Of a stretch of 64,000 nucleotides of DNA, positions 44,128 through 53,677 are shown piece by piece (the stretch's first letter is position 1; each line of letters begins with the position of its first letter). The stretch is from positions 32,001 through 96,000 of the forward strand of contig CAWCFT010000015.1 in assembly GCA_963794945.1 (NCBI GenBank). Reading direction: 5' to 3'. Made by a program: the position numbers and the translations under genes. The notes beneath the pieces were generated by a model. The model ran no database searches, was not told where the DNA came from, and saw only the letters and a list, made by a program, of their open reading frames with translations. This DNA is from Endomicrobiales bacterium. GTDB lineage: Bacteria; Elusimicrobiota; Endomicrobiia; Endomicrobiales; CAWCFT01.

Positions 44128-45019
44128 TCACAGCCCCCTCAAACAGTCGGGGGTGAACAAGTTTTCACGCCGGTTTTGTAGTATGCCTGACAGCAGGTCA
44201 AGTATGCCGGACTTGTCTTTTGGGAACCTAGCCACTATCGGGTAGTAATTTGAAGCGTGGTTGGAAAAGAACTGGCATTTAAAGTCTTTAAGGTTTTCCA
44301 TGAGAAGTTTTGTCTCACTGATGATGCCAAAAGGATCAAGTTCTTCGAACTTGCCGCTTTTTTCCATTTCGAACAGAGGCGTTTCAGGCGCGATCATAAG
44401 GGTCAAAACGGCTATCTGGTCGGGCTTTGAAAGGTTCAGTACGTTTGCAGTATTTATTGCATGTTTCAGGGACAGTTTTTTTCCGCCGAGGCCTGCTATT
44501 ATGGTTACGTTCGTTCTGGATACCGGCGCTTTTGACCTTAAGGCACGTTTCGACGTTGCCCGCGGGCGAGCCGTACTTACGTATGAAACTATAGACCTCT
44601 TTGTCTCCTGTCTCAAAACCGAGGTAAATCTTTCCCAGCTTAAGCGCTCTTAACCTGGCTAGATCTTTCACGCTCTTATTCTCAAGGCTTTTTATAGAAC
44701 CATAAGCGCTGACCCTTGTAAGCATCGGAAAATAACTGCCGGCGAGACTAAGTATCTCGATTAATTTTTCCTGCTCAATTACAAGCGCGTCTCCGTCGGC
44801 AAAGAATATTTTTCTTGTTCCCGGGAACCGCCTCGAAGCTTCCCTAAATTCCTGTTCTATCATGCCGGTATTTTTGATCCTGAAACTCTTGTCTTTGTAC
44901 GCAGGGCAAAAAATGCATTTATTGTCAGTGCATCCCAGCGTAACCTGAAAAATAAGGCTGCCTGATTCGCTCGGCGGCCTTATTACGTTACCCTCATATT
45001 TTGGCAGATATTCTTCCAT
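44128..45019 (-). CDS. Radical SAM protein (apparent frameshift near 44520)
   Basis: IRPPSE..S..QVT.GC..N.C.FC; NHASNY in the 3' ORF. Confidence 0.85.
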
Positions 45020-45040
45020 TAAAACCCTTGTGTTAAATTA

Positions 45041-45155
45041 AATATCAAGAATCAAAAGTTAAAATTGCAAAAATACAAATTAAAATTCAAAAAGATTATA
45101 ATTAATTAAAGTTGTTAACCTTAATTTTGATAGTTGATTCCTGATTTTTGATATT
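45041..45155. repeat. AT-rich inverted array of degenerate 7-mers (ATCAAAA-like)
   Basis: AATATCAAGAATCAAAA... mirrored by ...TTGATTCCTGATTTTTGATATT. Confidence 0.6.
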
Positions 45156-46525
45156 CATCTTTCAAGTGGCGAGTTGCCGCCGGTTATCTTACCCGTTTTA
45201 ATCAATTCTTCTATCTTATAGGTCCCAAGCTTCCTGCCCTTGAGAAAACCGTCCCAGGCCGCCTCGGCAAGCACGCCGTTAGCCCTTAGGTCAAAAAGCC
45301 ATTCACCGGTGTGTTCTATAGAGCCCGCAGGTTTAACACCCGTATGTATCTCCTGCAGCCACATACGGTTGAGTTTCTCGTGAACCCCTATTGTCGGCGC
45401 CATAAGTATCGGTATACCGAGCGCGCAGTAGAAAGAAAGCTCGCTTGGTTTCGTCCAAAGCACGTCGGTGAGCCTGAGAGCTCCGTTGAACCTGTCAAAA
45501 TAACCATAAAGTGTTTCGTCATAAATGATGTTCACTGCGTCTTTACAGCTCTCAGGCAGCCTCAGATCGCTAAGTGACTCCTTGAACTTGAAATATACCT
45601 CTTTCCTTATGCCCGCTGAGAGGTTGATCTTTATGTCACCCGCAATTATCCTGCTCCTCAGGCTTTTCAGTATTTTCGGGGCGAGGTCAACCTGGCTGCC
45701 AGCGCCGCCCACTGCGAAAGTGAGAACAAAATGCTTCTGGGTATTGTGTTTAGGTATTTCCCTGCCAAGGTAATACTCAACGGTCCTTTCATGTATATTG
45801 AAAAAATGCCTTTTCGGGTCTAGCCTGAGAAGGCGGCCGTACAGGTCGTCTTTTAGTATCTCAAGTTTTTCCTGGCTTCCGATGTTTTCCTTGGGCAGCG
45901 GGAACCCGGTAACAAAAATATTTTCCTCCGGCACCCCGTACGACAGCAGGCGTTTTTTAACCCTGGTGCAGGGCGCAAGGTATTTAACCCTGCTTTTCTT
46001 CGGCTTATCAGACACCCATACCCTGTGAAAATCCGAATCGCAGATAAGCAGGTAGTTGTCATTCTTTTCAGGGACATTAAGGTCAATGGCGATTGCCGTT
46101 CCATAGAATGTGTTCACAACGGGAAGCCTGCTCGCCTTAACTATGTCCACAAGAGTCGAGCAAAGCCCATATTTTTTTATGAGCCTCCGAAGGTATCTCA
46201 CGCTCCAGTCCGGACTCGAAAGGTCGCGCTTGGGGTAGTAGGAAGGGATCTGTTCTACAGTGTAAAGTATCTTCATTATAAGCTTGCCGATAATGGGTAT
46301 GGTCTCAGCTCTCGACATGAAGTAGTACATATGCCTGAGCCTTTTCCAGAGGTTATACTCTTCCGTCTTGCAAAACGTTTCAGACCCATCAATTAATATT
46401 TCCCCGTTGGATATATCCCTGAGCGCATAGGCCGCCCTAGTGTGGCCCAGGCCCATCTGCACGCTGACCACCCAGGCTTTTCCGCAATCGCCGGCGTTGT
46501 CTTTAATACTTTTCATTATTTGCAA
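45155..46525 (-). CDS. GT-B-like protein (MGDG-synthase-like)
   Basis: MGLGH.RAA, VTGFP, VGGAG, WTKPSELSFY, G.HE..N. Confidence 0.7.
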   Translation of the reverse strand: MQIMKSIKDNAGDCGKAWVVSVQMGLGHTRAAYALRDISNGEILIDGSETFCKTEEYNLWKRLRHMYYFMSRAETIPIIGKLIMKILYTVEQIPSYYPKRDLSSPDWSVRYLRRLIKKYGLCSTLVDIVKASRLPVVNTFYGTAIAIDLNVPEKNDNYLLICDSDFHRVWVSDKPKKSRVKYLAPCTRVKKRLLSYGVPEENIFVTGFPLPKENIGSQEKLEILKDDLYGRLLRLDPKRHFFNIHERTVEYYLGREIPKHNTQKHFVLTFAVGGAGSQVDLAPKILKSLRSRIIAGDIKINLSAGIRKEVYFKFKESLSDLRLPESCKDAVNIIYDETLYGYFDRFNGALRLTDVLWTKPSELSFYCALGIPILMAPTIGVHEKLNRMWLQEIHTGVKPAGSIEHTGEWLFDLRANGVLAEAAWDGFLKGRKLGTYKIEELIKTGKITGGNSPLER

Positions 46526-47675
46526 CCTCTTTTTCTAAACTATTTATCCTGCTTTGGGAACCTATAGTGATACGCCTCCCGTGCCATCTAACTGTGTTAG
46601 AAAAGAACGCAGAAATATAAACTGCGAATAATATCGAGTCTTTAATGAGGACACATAGAGGATATGAGGTCAGGACGTTTATATTATCCTTATCGCTGCT
46701 ATTGACCAGGAACAAACTCGCGTACTCTATGGCAAGCTTTAATAGAAAGGATGCGGCAAACAGCAACAAACCTTGAGTGCCAAGGAAAAAGATTGAAATA
46801 AAAGCTATCGCTATTGGGTTAGCGAATATTTCCAGCGAGTAAAACAGGGGGTCAATCCTCAGCCTCATCTTGGCCCACCGCGACATCCTCGAGTAGAATG
46901 TTGCGATGGACGTAGTGCTGGAAAAATTCGTTACCCACGTATAATTAGTCGATATATGCATGCCTTTTTCGCGATAAATGGCGCCCATCATATAATCTTC
47001 TGCAAGGTAACTGCTGAAAGCTAAAAAACCGCCGAGCTTCTCCAGCGCATCCCTCTCGATAAGCATAGATTTCCCGACTATAATGGGCTTTTCAATAAGC
47101 GCCCAGGACCCGATAATGTTCCCCGATACAAAAATATTCATATAGGAGTTGGCCATCATGCTCCCCATAGTGCCAGCGCCCGTCCCCTTTATCGGCGAGA
47201 ATACTATTTTTGAATCGTTCCTGACATATTCGGAAACAAGGTTTGTAAGCGTGTCTCTTTCTACCCTGATATTGGAATCCGCGACCCAGAAAAGTTTTGA
47301 TGTGCACCCTTCGGACATCTTAGCGAGCTTGTCGATCTTTGGATTTACCGCGCTCTTTGTTCCGGTTTGGACAACCACGGCCTGAACCTTAGGATACCTC
47401 AGCCTGACCCTTTCTATAATGCTCTCACAGGCATCCTTGAAAGCGTCTACCGCAAAGATTATGTTATAGTCAGGATAATCGAGCGTAAAAAAACTGACGA
47501 GGTTTTCTTCCAGCCCGTCATCGATATTCTTCATCGGTTTAAGTATTGTGACGCTTGGAAAAGTGGACAGCGAGGTCGCAGGCTTTTTTGCCTTACAGAC
47601 CGCCGTGAACAGCAGGTAGGCTGAAAGCAGCCCGAATGAAAGCGAGAGCAGGAAATAGAACAATTCGAATATCAT
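46503..47675 (-). CDS. Ceramide glucosyltransferase/HpnI-like GT21
   Basis: ILKP, NPKI, ADSNI, GKSML, YLAEDY, RMSRWA. Confidence 0.85.
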   Translation of the reverse strand: MIFELFYFLLSLSFGLLSAYLLFTAVCKAKKPATSLSTFPSVTILKPMKNIDDGLEENLVSFFTLDYPDYNIIFAVDAFKDACESIIERVRLRYPKVQAVVVQTGTKSAVNPKIDKLAKMSEGCTSKLFWVADSNIRVERDTLTNLVSEYVRNDSKIVFSPIKGTGAGTMGSMMANSYMNIFVSGNIIGSWALIEKPIIVGKSMLIERDALEKLGGFLAFSSYLAEDYMMGAIYREKGMHISTNYTWVTNFSSTTSIATFYSRMSRWAKMRLRIDPLFYSLEIFANPIAIAFISIFFLGTQGLLLFAASFLLKLAIEYASLFLVNSSDKDNINVLTSYPLCVLIKDSILFAVYISAFFSNTVRWHGRRITIGSQSRINSLEKEVANNEKY

Positions 47676-47697
47676 ATTAATAACAAGTGAGAAGCGC

Positions 47698-48057
47698 CTA
47701 GTCCTTGTGGACTGTGTCGGGCGAGAAAGCTGGGACACAAACGCTTACATATTCAGCGCCTTCAGCACCTGGCGTCGAATATTTAACCCATTCCCCTTTA
47801 TTTAAAATCACGCACTGCCCGGCAATGGCTTCCAGATTACCATTTTTCGTTTCTACTTTCAGAACGCCCTTAAGGATAAGGCTGTATTCGTCAAATTCCG
47901 GCGTTTGTCCTGGCTCGCTCCAGCCTGAAGGGCTTTTCATGAACGCTATGCTTACACTCTCGGTTCCGGTGTTAAGCATGCCGACAAATTCTTTTATTTT
48001 CTTGGGCATGTTCCCGTCGGCCGTAATTTCCGATGGGGCTGAGATCAGCCTGGGCAT
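47698..48057 (-). CDS. Cupin (EutQ-like)
   Basis: WSEPGQTPEFDEY, GEWVKYSTP, CVPAFSP. Confidence 0.85.
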   Translation of the reverse strand: MPRLISAPSEITADGNMPKKIKEFVGMLNTGTESVSIAFMKSPSGWSEPGQTPEFDEYSLILKGVLKVETKNGNLEAIAGQCVILNKGEWVKYSTPGAEGAEYVSVCVPAFSPDTVHKD

Positions 48058-48074
48058 AATTGTTTACCTATGAA

Positions 48075-49145
48075 CTATTTGTTTTGAGGTATATAACCAA
48101 TGCTCGTGAGCTTTATAAGGCTCGAAAGCATATCAGCTCCAAACCTGAACCCTACAACCATAAAGTATGTAAACAACACCATAAAAACAGCGCTTATGCA
48201 ACCGAGAACAATGTTTTCCATAAGAAATATCAAGAAAATTACCGGTGTTGTTATCACCCCAGTAACCCCGAAAAGCCATGATAGGAACCTCAACGCGTTT
48301 GTTATCCGCTCTATCCCGCGGTAAGGCGTGACCATTATCTTGCCCCTCGGCGCCGCGGTAGGAAGTGTGTGCCCGCAGTTATCGCAATACCACGACCTTA
48401 GAGAGTTCTCATTGCCGCAGGTGTCGCAGACCTTCTTTTCTATCTTTGGGTCTTCACGCCTGTGGAAAATATAGAGTTTTTCTATAACGCCAACAAAAAA
48501 CCAGAGCACCGCACCTACTAGGCCTCCCGATAAACCCTCGGCAAGCCTGTTGGCAAGCCAGCTCTGAGGCTTGAAATCTATCAGCACGGAACCGTAAAAG
48601 GCAGAACCTAGGTAACCGCCAATAGCCCCGCCCACGAACCCGAACGCCGCTCCTGCCAGTATCTTCTTTTTGCTTTTCTCTATGACCCCGCTTGTGGCAC
48701 CGATGAAAGCTCCGCCTACAGCCCACGTTATCAGCACCGAAAGCGGAAAGTAGTTCTCTGTTCCCTGGAAGATATCAGTTAGAGGGAGGTTTATCACTCC
48801 GCCCAGCGCGCCGCCAATAGTACCGAGTATTCCACCGCAGAACGCCTTATACGCCGACTCTTCGATAATGCCGCCGACCGTGCCCAGGAACACACCGCAG
48901 ATCATGCCGCTGAATATGTTATTCATGATCGATCCCACGTCATGCTTAACCATGCGGCTCATTATGAAAACTATTATCCAGCCGATAAAACCTGACGCGA
49001 ACCCCGCCCAGCTCCGCCGCCATATCCAGGAAAAATCAAGCCCAAGGTGCATCAGTTTTTCGCTCTTTTTGTTGAGGAACATCCCGCAGCGGGCGCAGTA
49101 TTTTGAATCATCAGCCATCAAGTTTTCACAGCTGGGACAATACAT
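48075..49145 (-). CDS. Membrane protein with two zinc ribbons and Gly-rich TM helices
   Basis: CPSC..CARC N-terminus, GxxxG-rich TMs, CDTC..CDNC. Confidence 0.7.
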   Translation of the reverse strand: MYCPSCENLMADDSKYCARCGMFLNKKSEKLMHLGLDFSWIWRRSWAGFASGFIGWIIVFIMSRMVKHDVGSIMNNIFSGMICGVFLGTVGGIIEESAYKAFCGGILGTIGGALGGVINLPLTDIFQGTENYFPLSVLITWAVGGAFIGATSGVIEKSKKKILAGAAFGFVGGAIGGYLGSAFYGSVLIDFKPQSWLANRLAEGLSGGLVGAVLWFFVGVIEKLYIFHRREDPKIEKKVCDTCGNENSLRSWYCDNCGHTLPTAAPRGKIMVTPYRGIERITNALRFLSWLFGVTGVITTPVIFLIFLMENIVLGCISAVFMVLFTYFMVVGFRFGADMLSSLIKLTSIGYIPQNK

Positions 49146-49290
49146 GGCAACTCCTTTAGCTCACAGAGTTTAACGCAACATGACCGGAAGACCATAAACA
49201 ATATGTACAAATACTGATTTTAAACAAACGTTTGCGTGCAATTCTCTTTGATTCTATAATATTATTATTCAAATGACAAATGCTAATAAT

Positions 49291-49332
49291 AACAAAAGGG
49301 TCCCGTGCTGTAAGCACGGAAACCCTTTTGTT
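49291..49332. terminator. Strong hairpin terminator after the methyltransferase
   Basis: AACAAAAGGG-CCGTGCT...AGCACGG-CCCTTTTGTT. Confidence 0.75.
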
Positions 49333-49392
49333 TTATGTTTTAAACCGCATCTTGTTCATTTCTTAATTTTCGGTTCATTAATTGATTTCTGT

Positions 49393-50180
49393 TCACCGTA
49401 CATCATAACCGCAATTTCTTAATACAATCCTTCTCATTTTCCAGAGTGATTTAACGCTCGAATCTTTTGATTCCATTTTTAAGTGAATCTCTCTGGATAT
49501 CTCTTCCCTGACGCTTGCCCGCGTAATTATCACGAACGAACTTCTCGTTCTCCCATATAGTCACTGTGTTCGGGTAGAACCATGACGCCGCCCGCCACGT
49601 GGCTACCGGTATGACATGAACTTCGTTGGATATGGTGGCCGCTCCTAATGCGCACTTAGAAAGCTCTTTACCAACGAAAAGTTCTGCTCCCTGCGACCGA
49701 ACAAGGTTGTCATTTATCTCAAGGTAGCGCCTAAATACAGGTATGTTTGTGCTAATATCTTCAAGCTCATCAATAAAAAGCATCCCACCGGGCGCCAGTG
49801 ATCTCACCCACATATTAATAAGAATCTCTATGTCTTTTAAATGAGAAAGCAGAAAACGGCAATAGGCGACCTCAGCCTTGATTGGCAATGGGCCTGACGT
49901 CACGTCATGCTTTATGAACGAACAAGACGGGTAGCTTTCCCGTGCCATCTGCAGGAACTCATCTGACCTCTCCAACCCGTATACGTCAGCCTGGTCCAGT
50001 AGGCCGCTCAGCATTTCTGTCCCAAAACCCGGCCCGCAGCCGAGATCAACAGCGGTTCTTACGGGTTGTATTATGTGTTTAGACATCCATGTTTTGGCTA
50101 TAGGATTAAAAAACCGCGACATCTCTTCCAGTCTCTGCGGCCGCGCGCGTCTCGCCGAACGTGTACCTTGTGTTATCCAT
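49393..50180 (-). CDS. Class I SAM methyltransferase, Tam-like (apparent frameshifts near 50130 and 49520)
   Basis: YTFG....A.RL start after AAGGAG, VDLGCGPG, RFLLSH, LAPGG. Confidence 0.8.
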
Positions 50181-50359
50181 GAGCCGTCTCCTTTTGAAAG
50201 TATGTGTACATATGCTCATAAGCATTTTCGGCGTTATACGGGTTGAGACACTCGCTTGATGCCCATATCTTTCTTGCTCCATAGACATCAGTGCTACTAA
50301 AAGCTGCCAGAACTTCTCTTCTTACCGCTGTTTTGACTTTGCTTCTTATTCCTCTTCAT
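50173..50359 (-). CDS. Possible small protein (about 61 aa, needs a 1-nt correction) coupled to the methyltransferase
   Basis: GGAG RBS then ATG; the corrected frame ends ...YTYFQKETAHG* overlapping the methyltransferase ATG. Confidence 0.35.
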
Positions 50360-50430
50360 GATACTCTCCGTTTATTGTTTTTGGTTACTTTTACACCCGT
50401 CTCTCCGTAGGGTTATTCGTCTTTGGTGAA

Positions 50431-50464
50431 TAAAAAAAACCACCTGCCTTTCTTGGCGGTGGTT
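50431..50464 (-). terminator. Attenuator terminator
   Basis: ACCACCGCC-AAGAAA-GGCAGGTGG followed by T8. Confidence 0.85.
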
Positions 50465-50498
50465 CTAAGCTTGTTTTACTGATTTTCAGTTCAACGAA

Positions 50499-50588
50499 TT
50501 AAAACGCACGCCTCCCAGCGCCATCCTGCCATTTGCGCAGGACTGCTACTATAGGAAGCATAATAAAATTCGTTGAACTTTGATTCAT
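50499..50588 (-). CDS. 29-aa leader peptide MNQSSTNFIMLPIVAVLRKWQDGAGRRAF
   Basis: Short ORF between the promoter and the terminator, with clustered Ile/Leu/Val codons and alternative pairings. Confidence 0.75.
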   Translation of the reverse strand: MNQSSTNFIMLPIVAVLRKWQDGAGRRAF

Positions 50589-50597
50589 GACGTTTAG

Positions 50598-50626
50598 ATT
50601 GTAGCAGAACACATATTGAATGTCAA
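50598..50626 (-). promoter_or_regulatory. sigma70 promoter of the attenuated operon
   Basis: TTGACA, 17 bp, TACAAT; leader ATG 9 nt downstream. Confidence 0.85.
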
Positions 50627-50654
50627 GTCGGAGCGGAACCGGAGCCTGGCTGCC

Positions 50655-51182
50655 TTATTTATTAGTATAACAATTTAATATCTCTCCCACGTACATCCGG
50701 TGATAATCTTTCTTTGGGTAATTGCTGTTTATAGCCGGTTCAATGAAGTTGGCTGGGTCAATGTCCTGGCAATATATTTTTTTGCACTCGATAACGAGCC
50801 GCGCCTCTGAAAAATATACTGCGCCCGCCGGGCTTTTCACCGGCGTTATGCCCGCCTCTTTTGCCTTATCGGAGTCCCTGCCGGATTTAGTTCCGCATAG
50901 GTTGAGCGCGGCGCGGTATTCTTCGCCAAAAAAGGAAAGCGTGAACATATTGTTTTTCTCCATAAACGCGCGCGTGTGCCGTCCGGGCCGTATGAAGCAG
51001 AAACAAACGTTCTTGTTCCATAACACACCGGCCGCTCCCCAGCTGGCCGTCATGGTGTTGTATGCGCCCGGGGTTCCGGCTGTTATAAGCATCCAGTCTT
51101 TTCCTATCAATTTAAAAATGTTATCGCTCAAGTCTTCAGGGTTGATCTTTACCAGTTTGTTTTCCATATTATTCCTCCCCAA
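50655..51182 (-). CDS. Flavin reductase-like protein
   Basis: WMLITAG..NTMTASWG, CGTKSGRD, YHRMYVGEI. Confidence 0.88.
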   Translation of the reverse strand: MGRNNMENKLVKINPEDLSDNIFKLIGKDWMLITAGTPGAYNTMTASWGAAGVLWNKNVCFCFIRPGRHTRAFMEKNNMFTLSFFGEEYRAALNLCGTKSGRDSDKAKEAGITPVKSPAGAVYFSEARLVIECKKIYCQDIDPANFIEPAINSNYPKKDYHRMYVGEILNCYTNK

Positions 51183-51224
51183 TTTTACAAGTGCTCTCGC
51201 TTAACATGGCTTTAGCTTGACGTT

Positions 51225-51497
51225 TCAAGACTTGTTCAGTCTCCGTTCAATAACTCTGTTCCTGAAAAATATGGCCGTATCTGCCAGCACCATCAGGCAA
51301 TTGAGCGCGTAGAGATAGAATACGGCGTTGAAATTATAGATGATCTTGTGCAGCATGCCGAAGATATATCCGGCAAACACAACAAAGAGGAATACAACAC
51401 TTTTGCCCGAGTTGGATTTCGACACATACGACTTGTAGATCGAGAACGGCCAGGCCGCCCCGAAGCACACCAGCATCAAGGCTTCAAATATGCTCAC
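51225..51497 (-). CDS. Small 3-TM protein (PQ-loop/SemiSWEET-like)
   Basis: FEA.ML.CFG..WP.SI.KS..SK...GKS..FL. Confidence 0.65.
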   Translation of the reverse strand: MSIFEALMLVCFGAAWPFSIYKSYVSKSNSGKSVVFLFVVFAGYIFGMLHKIIYNFNAVFYLYALNCLMVLADTAIFFRNRVIERRLNKS

Positions 51498-52759
51498 TTC
51501 TCGCCCAGCCCCGCGGCCGAATAATCCCCGGCGAGATAGCCGGTCGAGAACGCTGGCAGATTATATCCGCCGGTAAGCCCGTCAATGTCTAAAACCTCGC
51601 CGCAGAAATACAAGCCCGCGATTATCTTTGAGCCCATGGTTCGGGGGTCAACTTCTTTAAGCGAAACTCCTCCGCGGGTGACCACCGCTTCGTCGAAATT
51701 CTTTGTGCCGGTTATCTCTAGCCTGAAATCGCTGAGCATCCTGTAAATGGCCTCGCGTTCGTCCCTTGTTATCTGGCTGCCCTTTTTTTCCGGGTCTATA
51801 GCGCAAAGTTTTAATACTACCGGTATCAAGCTCTGGGGCAGCAGCGTTTTCATTATATTCGAAATGGTTTTCAGGCCCGACGAGTCAAGTTCCCTTAACA
51901 GCCGCGCTGTCAGCTTATCCCTGTCGAGCGCCGGCTTGAAATTGATGGAAATCGAAACCTTCTCTTTCTTTAAAAGACGGTCAGCTGCTGCTCCGCTAAA
52001 AGCAAGGGCGATCGGCCCCGAAACCCCTGAATGAGTAAAAAGCATCTCGCCAAAATCAAAAAATATCTTTTTCTCTTCCGCGAAACCCGTCACTTCGACA
52101 TTCTTAAGCGAAAGCCCCGAGAGCTCTTTAACATATTTTTCTTTGGTTTGCAGAGGCACCAGCGCGGGATGCAGATGGGTTATCTCGTGGCCCAGCTCTT
52201 TTGCCATCTTGTAACCGTCGCCCGTTGACCCAGTGCCGGGGTAGGAAAGCCCGCCAGTCGCGACTATTACCCTTTGCGCTCTTATGAATTCACCGTTGGC
52301 AGCAAGTTTGACACCGCAGGCCCTGGCTTTACCGTCCGATCCGCTTTCGATCACAATACGTTCAACCCTTTCACTGAAACGTGTTGTTACTCCGGTTTCT
52401 TTGAGGTATTCGTTCAAGGCCGCGAGCACGTCGCGAGATTCGTCCGAAACCGGGAATATCCTGCCGCCGCGCTCAACTTTTGTCTTAACTCCGCGGCTCT
52501 CGAAAAAATTAACCAGGTCATCGTTGAAATATGTCCCGAAAGCCTGGTAAAGGAATTTACCGTTGTTATAGTTCTCTATAAAATCCTTAAGGCCTCCGGA
52601 GTTTGTGAGGTTGCACCTGCCTTTGCCGGTTATAAGGAGTTTCTTACCGGGCGTTATGTTGCGGTCGAGCAGAAGCGTCTTTGCCCCTTTTTGCGCCGCA
52701 CGCGCCGCCGCGAATATCCCCGCCGGCCCCGCGCCTATAACAATAACATCAAAATCCAT
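51494..52759 (-). CDS. HI0933/BaiN-family flavoprotein
   Basis: GAGPAG, KKLLITGKGRCN, ATGG.SYP.TGSTGDG, LFTH.G.SGP, GGYNL. Confidence 0.9.
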   Translation of the reverse strand: MDFDVIVIGAGPAGIFAAARAAQKGAKTLLLDRNITPGKKLLITGKGRCNLTNSGGLKDFIENYNNGKFLYQAFGTYFNDDLVNFFESRGVKTKVERGGRIFPVSDESRDVLAALNEYLKETGVTTRFSERVERIVIESGSDGKARACGVKLAANGEFIRAQRVIVATGGLSYPGTGSTGDGYKMAKELGHEITHLHPALVPLQTKEKYVKELSGLSLKNVEVTGFAEEKKIFFDFGEMLFTHSGVSGPIALAFSGAAADRLLKKEKVSISINFKPALDRDKLTARLLRELDSSGLKTISNIMKTLLPQSLIPVVLKLCAIDPEKKGSQITRDEREAIYRMLSDFRLEITGTKNFDEAVVTRGGVSLKEVDPRTMGSKIIAGLYFCGEVLDIDGLTGGYNLPAFSTGYLAGDYSAAGLGEK

Positions 52760-52790
52760 TATTACCTCGTTAAACTGCGAAGAACAGGGC

Positions 52791-53183
52791 TCACTTACAT
52801 TCTTTTGAAAGGATCTTTGCGATCCTCATGAGAATATACTTGTTGTCGTAAGGTTTCGCTACGAACCAATCGGCTTTTTGTTCTATGGATTCCTGAAGAG
52901 TGTCTCCATTGTCTTTTGAGGTAAGCATGATAACCTTAGTGCCTTTTGTTTTTGGATTGTTTTTAATATCTTTGCAGACGCTAAGGCCGTCCATGTCCGG
53001 CATCATTATATCAAGAATAACAAGATCGGGCTTTTCTTCATTTACTCTCTCGATCGCTCTTTTTCCGGTATAAGCCGTTATGCACTCGTAGCCCTCATTT
53101 TCTAGCAGGTCTTTTAACATTTTAACCGCGTCTTGTTCATCGTCAACCAGAAGGATCTTACCCTGAGCCATTGCCCCCTCCAA
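52791..53183 (-). CDS. Single-domain response regulator
   Basis: VDDE, LDIMMP, MLT, KP. Confidence 0.9.
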   Translation of the reverse strand: MEGAMAQGKILLVDDEQDAVKMLKDLLENEGYECITAYTGKRAIERVNEEKPDLVILDIMMPDMDGLSVCKDIKNNPKTKGTKVIMLTSKDNGDTLQESIEQKADWFVAKPYDNKYILMRIAKILSKECK

Positions 53184-53265
53184 TAATCTTTATTGACGCA
53201 AGCTTTTGATAATACGATTAGCCTGTCAGGCTTGTTGTTGAACTTTCATTGAAGAGTCTTCCACT

Positions 53266-53652
53266 CTAAAGGAGTTTAGCATCTTTTGAGAGTATCTGGT
53301 TGATCTTGGCTACGAGGTATTTGAAATCGTACGGTTTTGTGACGAACCAATCCGCTTTTTTCTGTATGGCTATTTCCACATCTTCACCCATATCTTTTGC
53401 CGTGATCATTATTACGGGTATGTGCGACGTTTCAGGGTCGTTCTTTATCTTTTCACATACATCGTACCCGCTGATACCGGGCATCATTACGTCCATGAGC
53501 ACCATGTCGGGCTTTTCTTCCTTAAGTTTATTTAAGGCGCTCTCGCCGTCAAAAAACTCGCGCACGGTAAAACCCGAGTGCTCCAGGATAGATTTCAGGG
53601 CGAAGTTAGCGTCCGCATCGTCATCAACAACAAATAGCTTGGCCGGCGTCAT
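53266..53652 (-). CDS. Single-domain response regulator
   Basis: VDDD, MDVMMP, MITA, KP. Confidence 0.9.
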   Translation of the reverse strand: MTPAKLFVVDDDADANFALKSILEHSGFTVREFFDGESALNKLKEEKPDMVLMDVMMPGISGYDVCEKIKNDPETSHIPVIMITAKDMGEDVEIAIQKKADWFVTKPYDFKYLVAKINQILSKDAKLL

Positions 53653-53677
53653 TTTTTCCTCCGCTGAATCATATGTT

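Noticed and set aside
50106..50288. 60-aa ORF as an independent gene
   Set aside because: Its 3' half is the frameshifted N-terminus of the methyltransferase (MDNTRYTFG...).
51540..51575. GGYNLPAFSTG instead of the usual GGYNLQxAFSTG in the HI0933 protein
   Set aside because: Probably local base loss in an error-prone assembly rather than biology.
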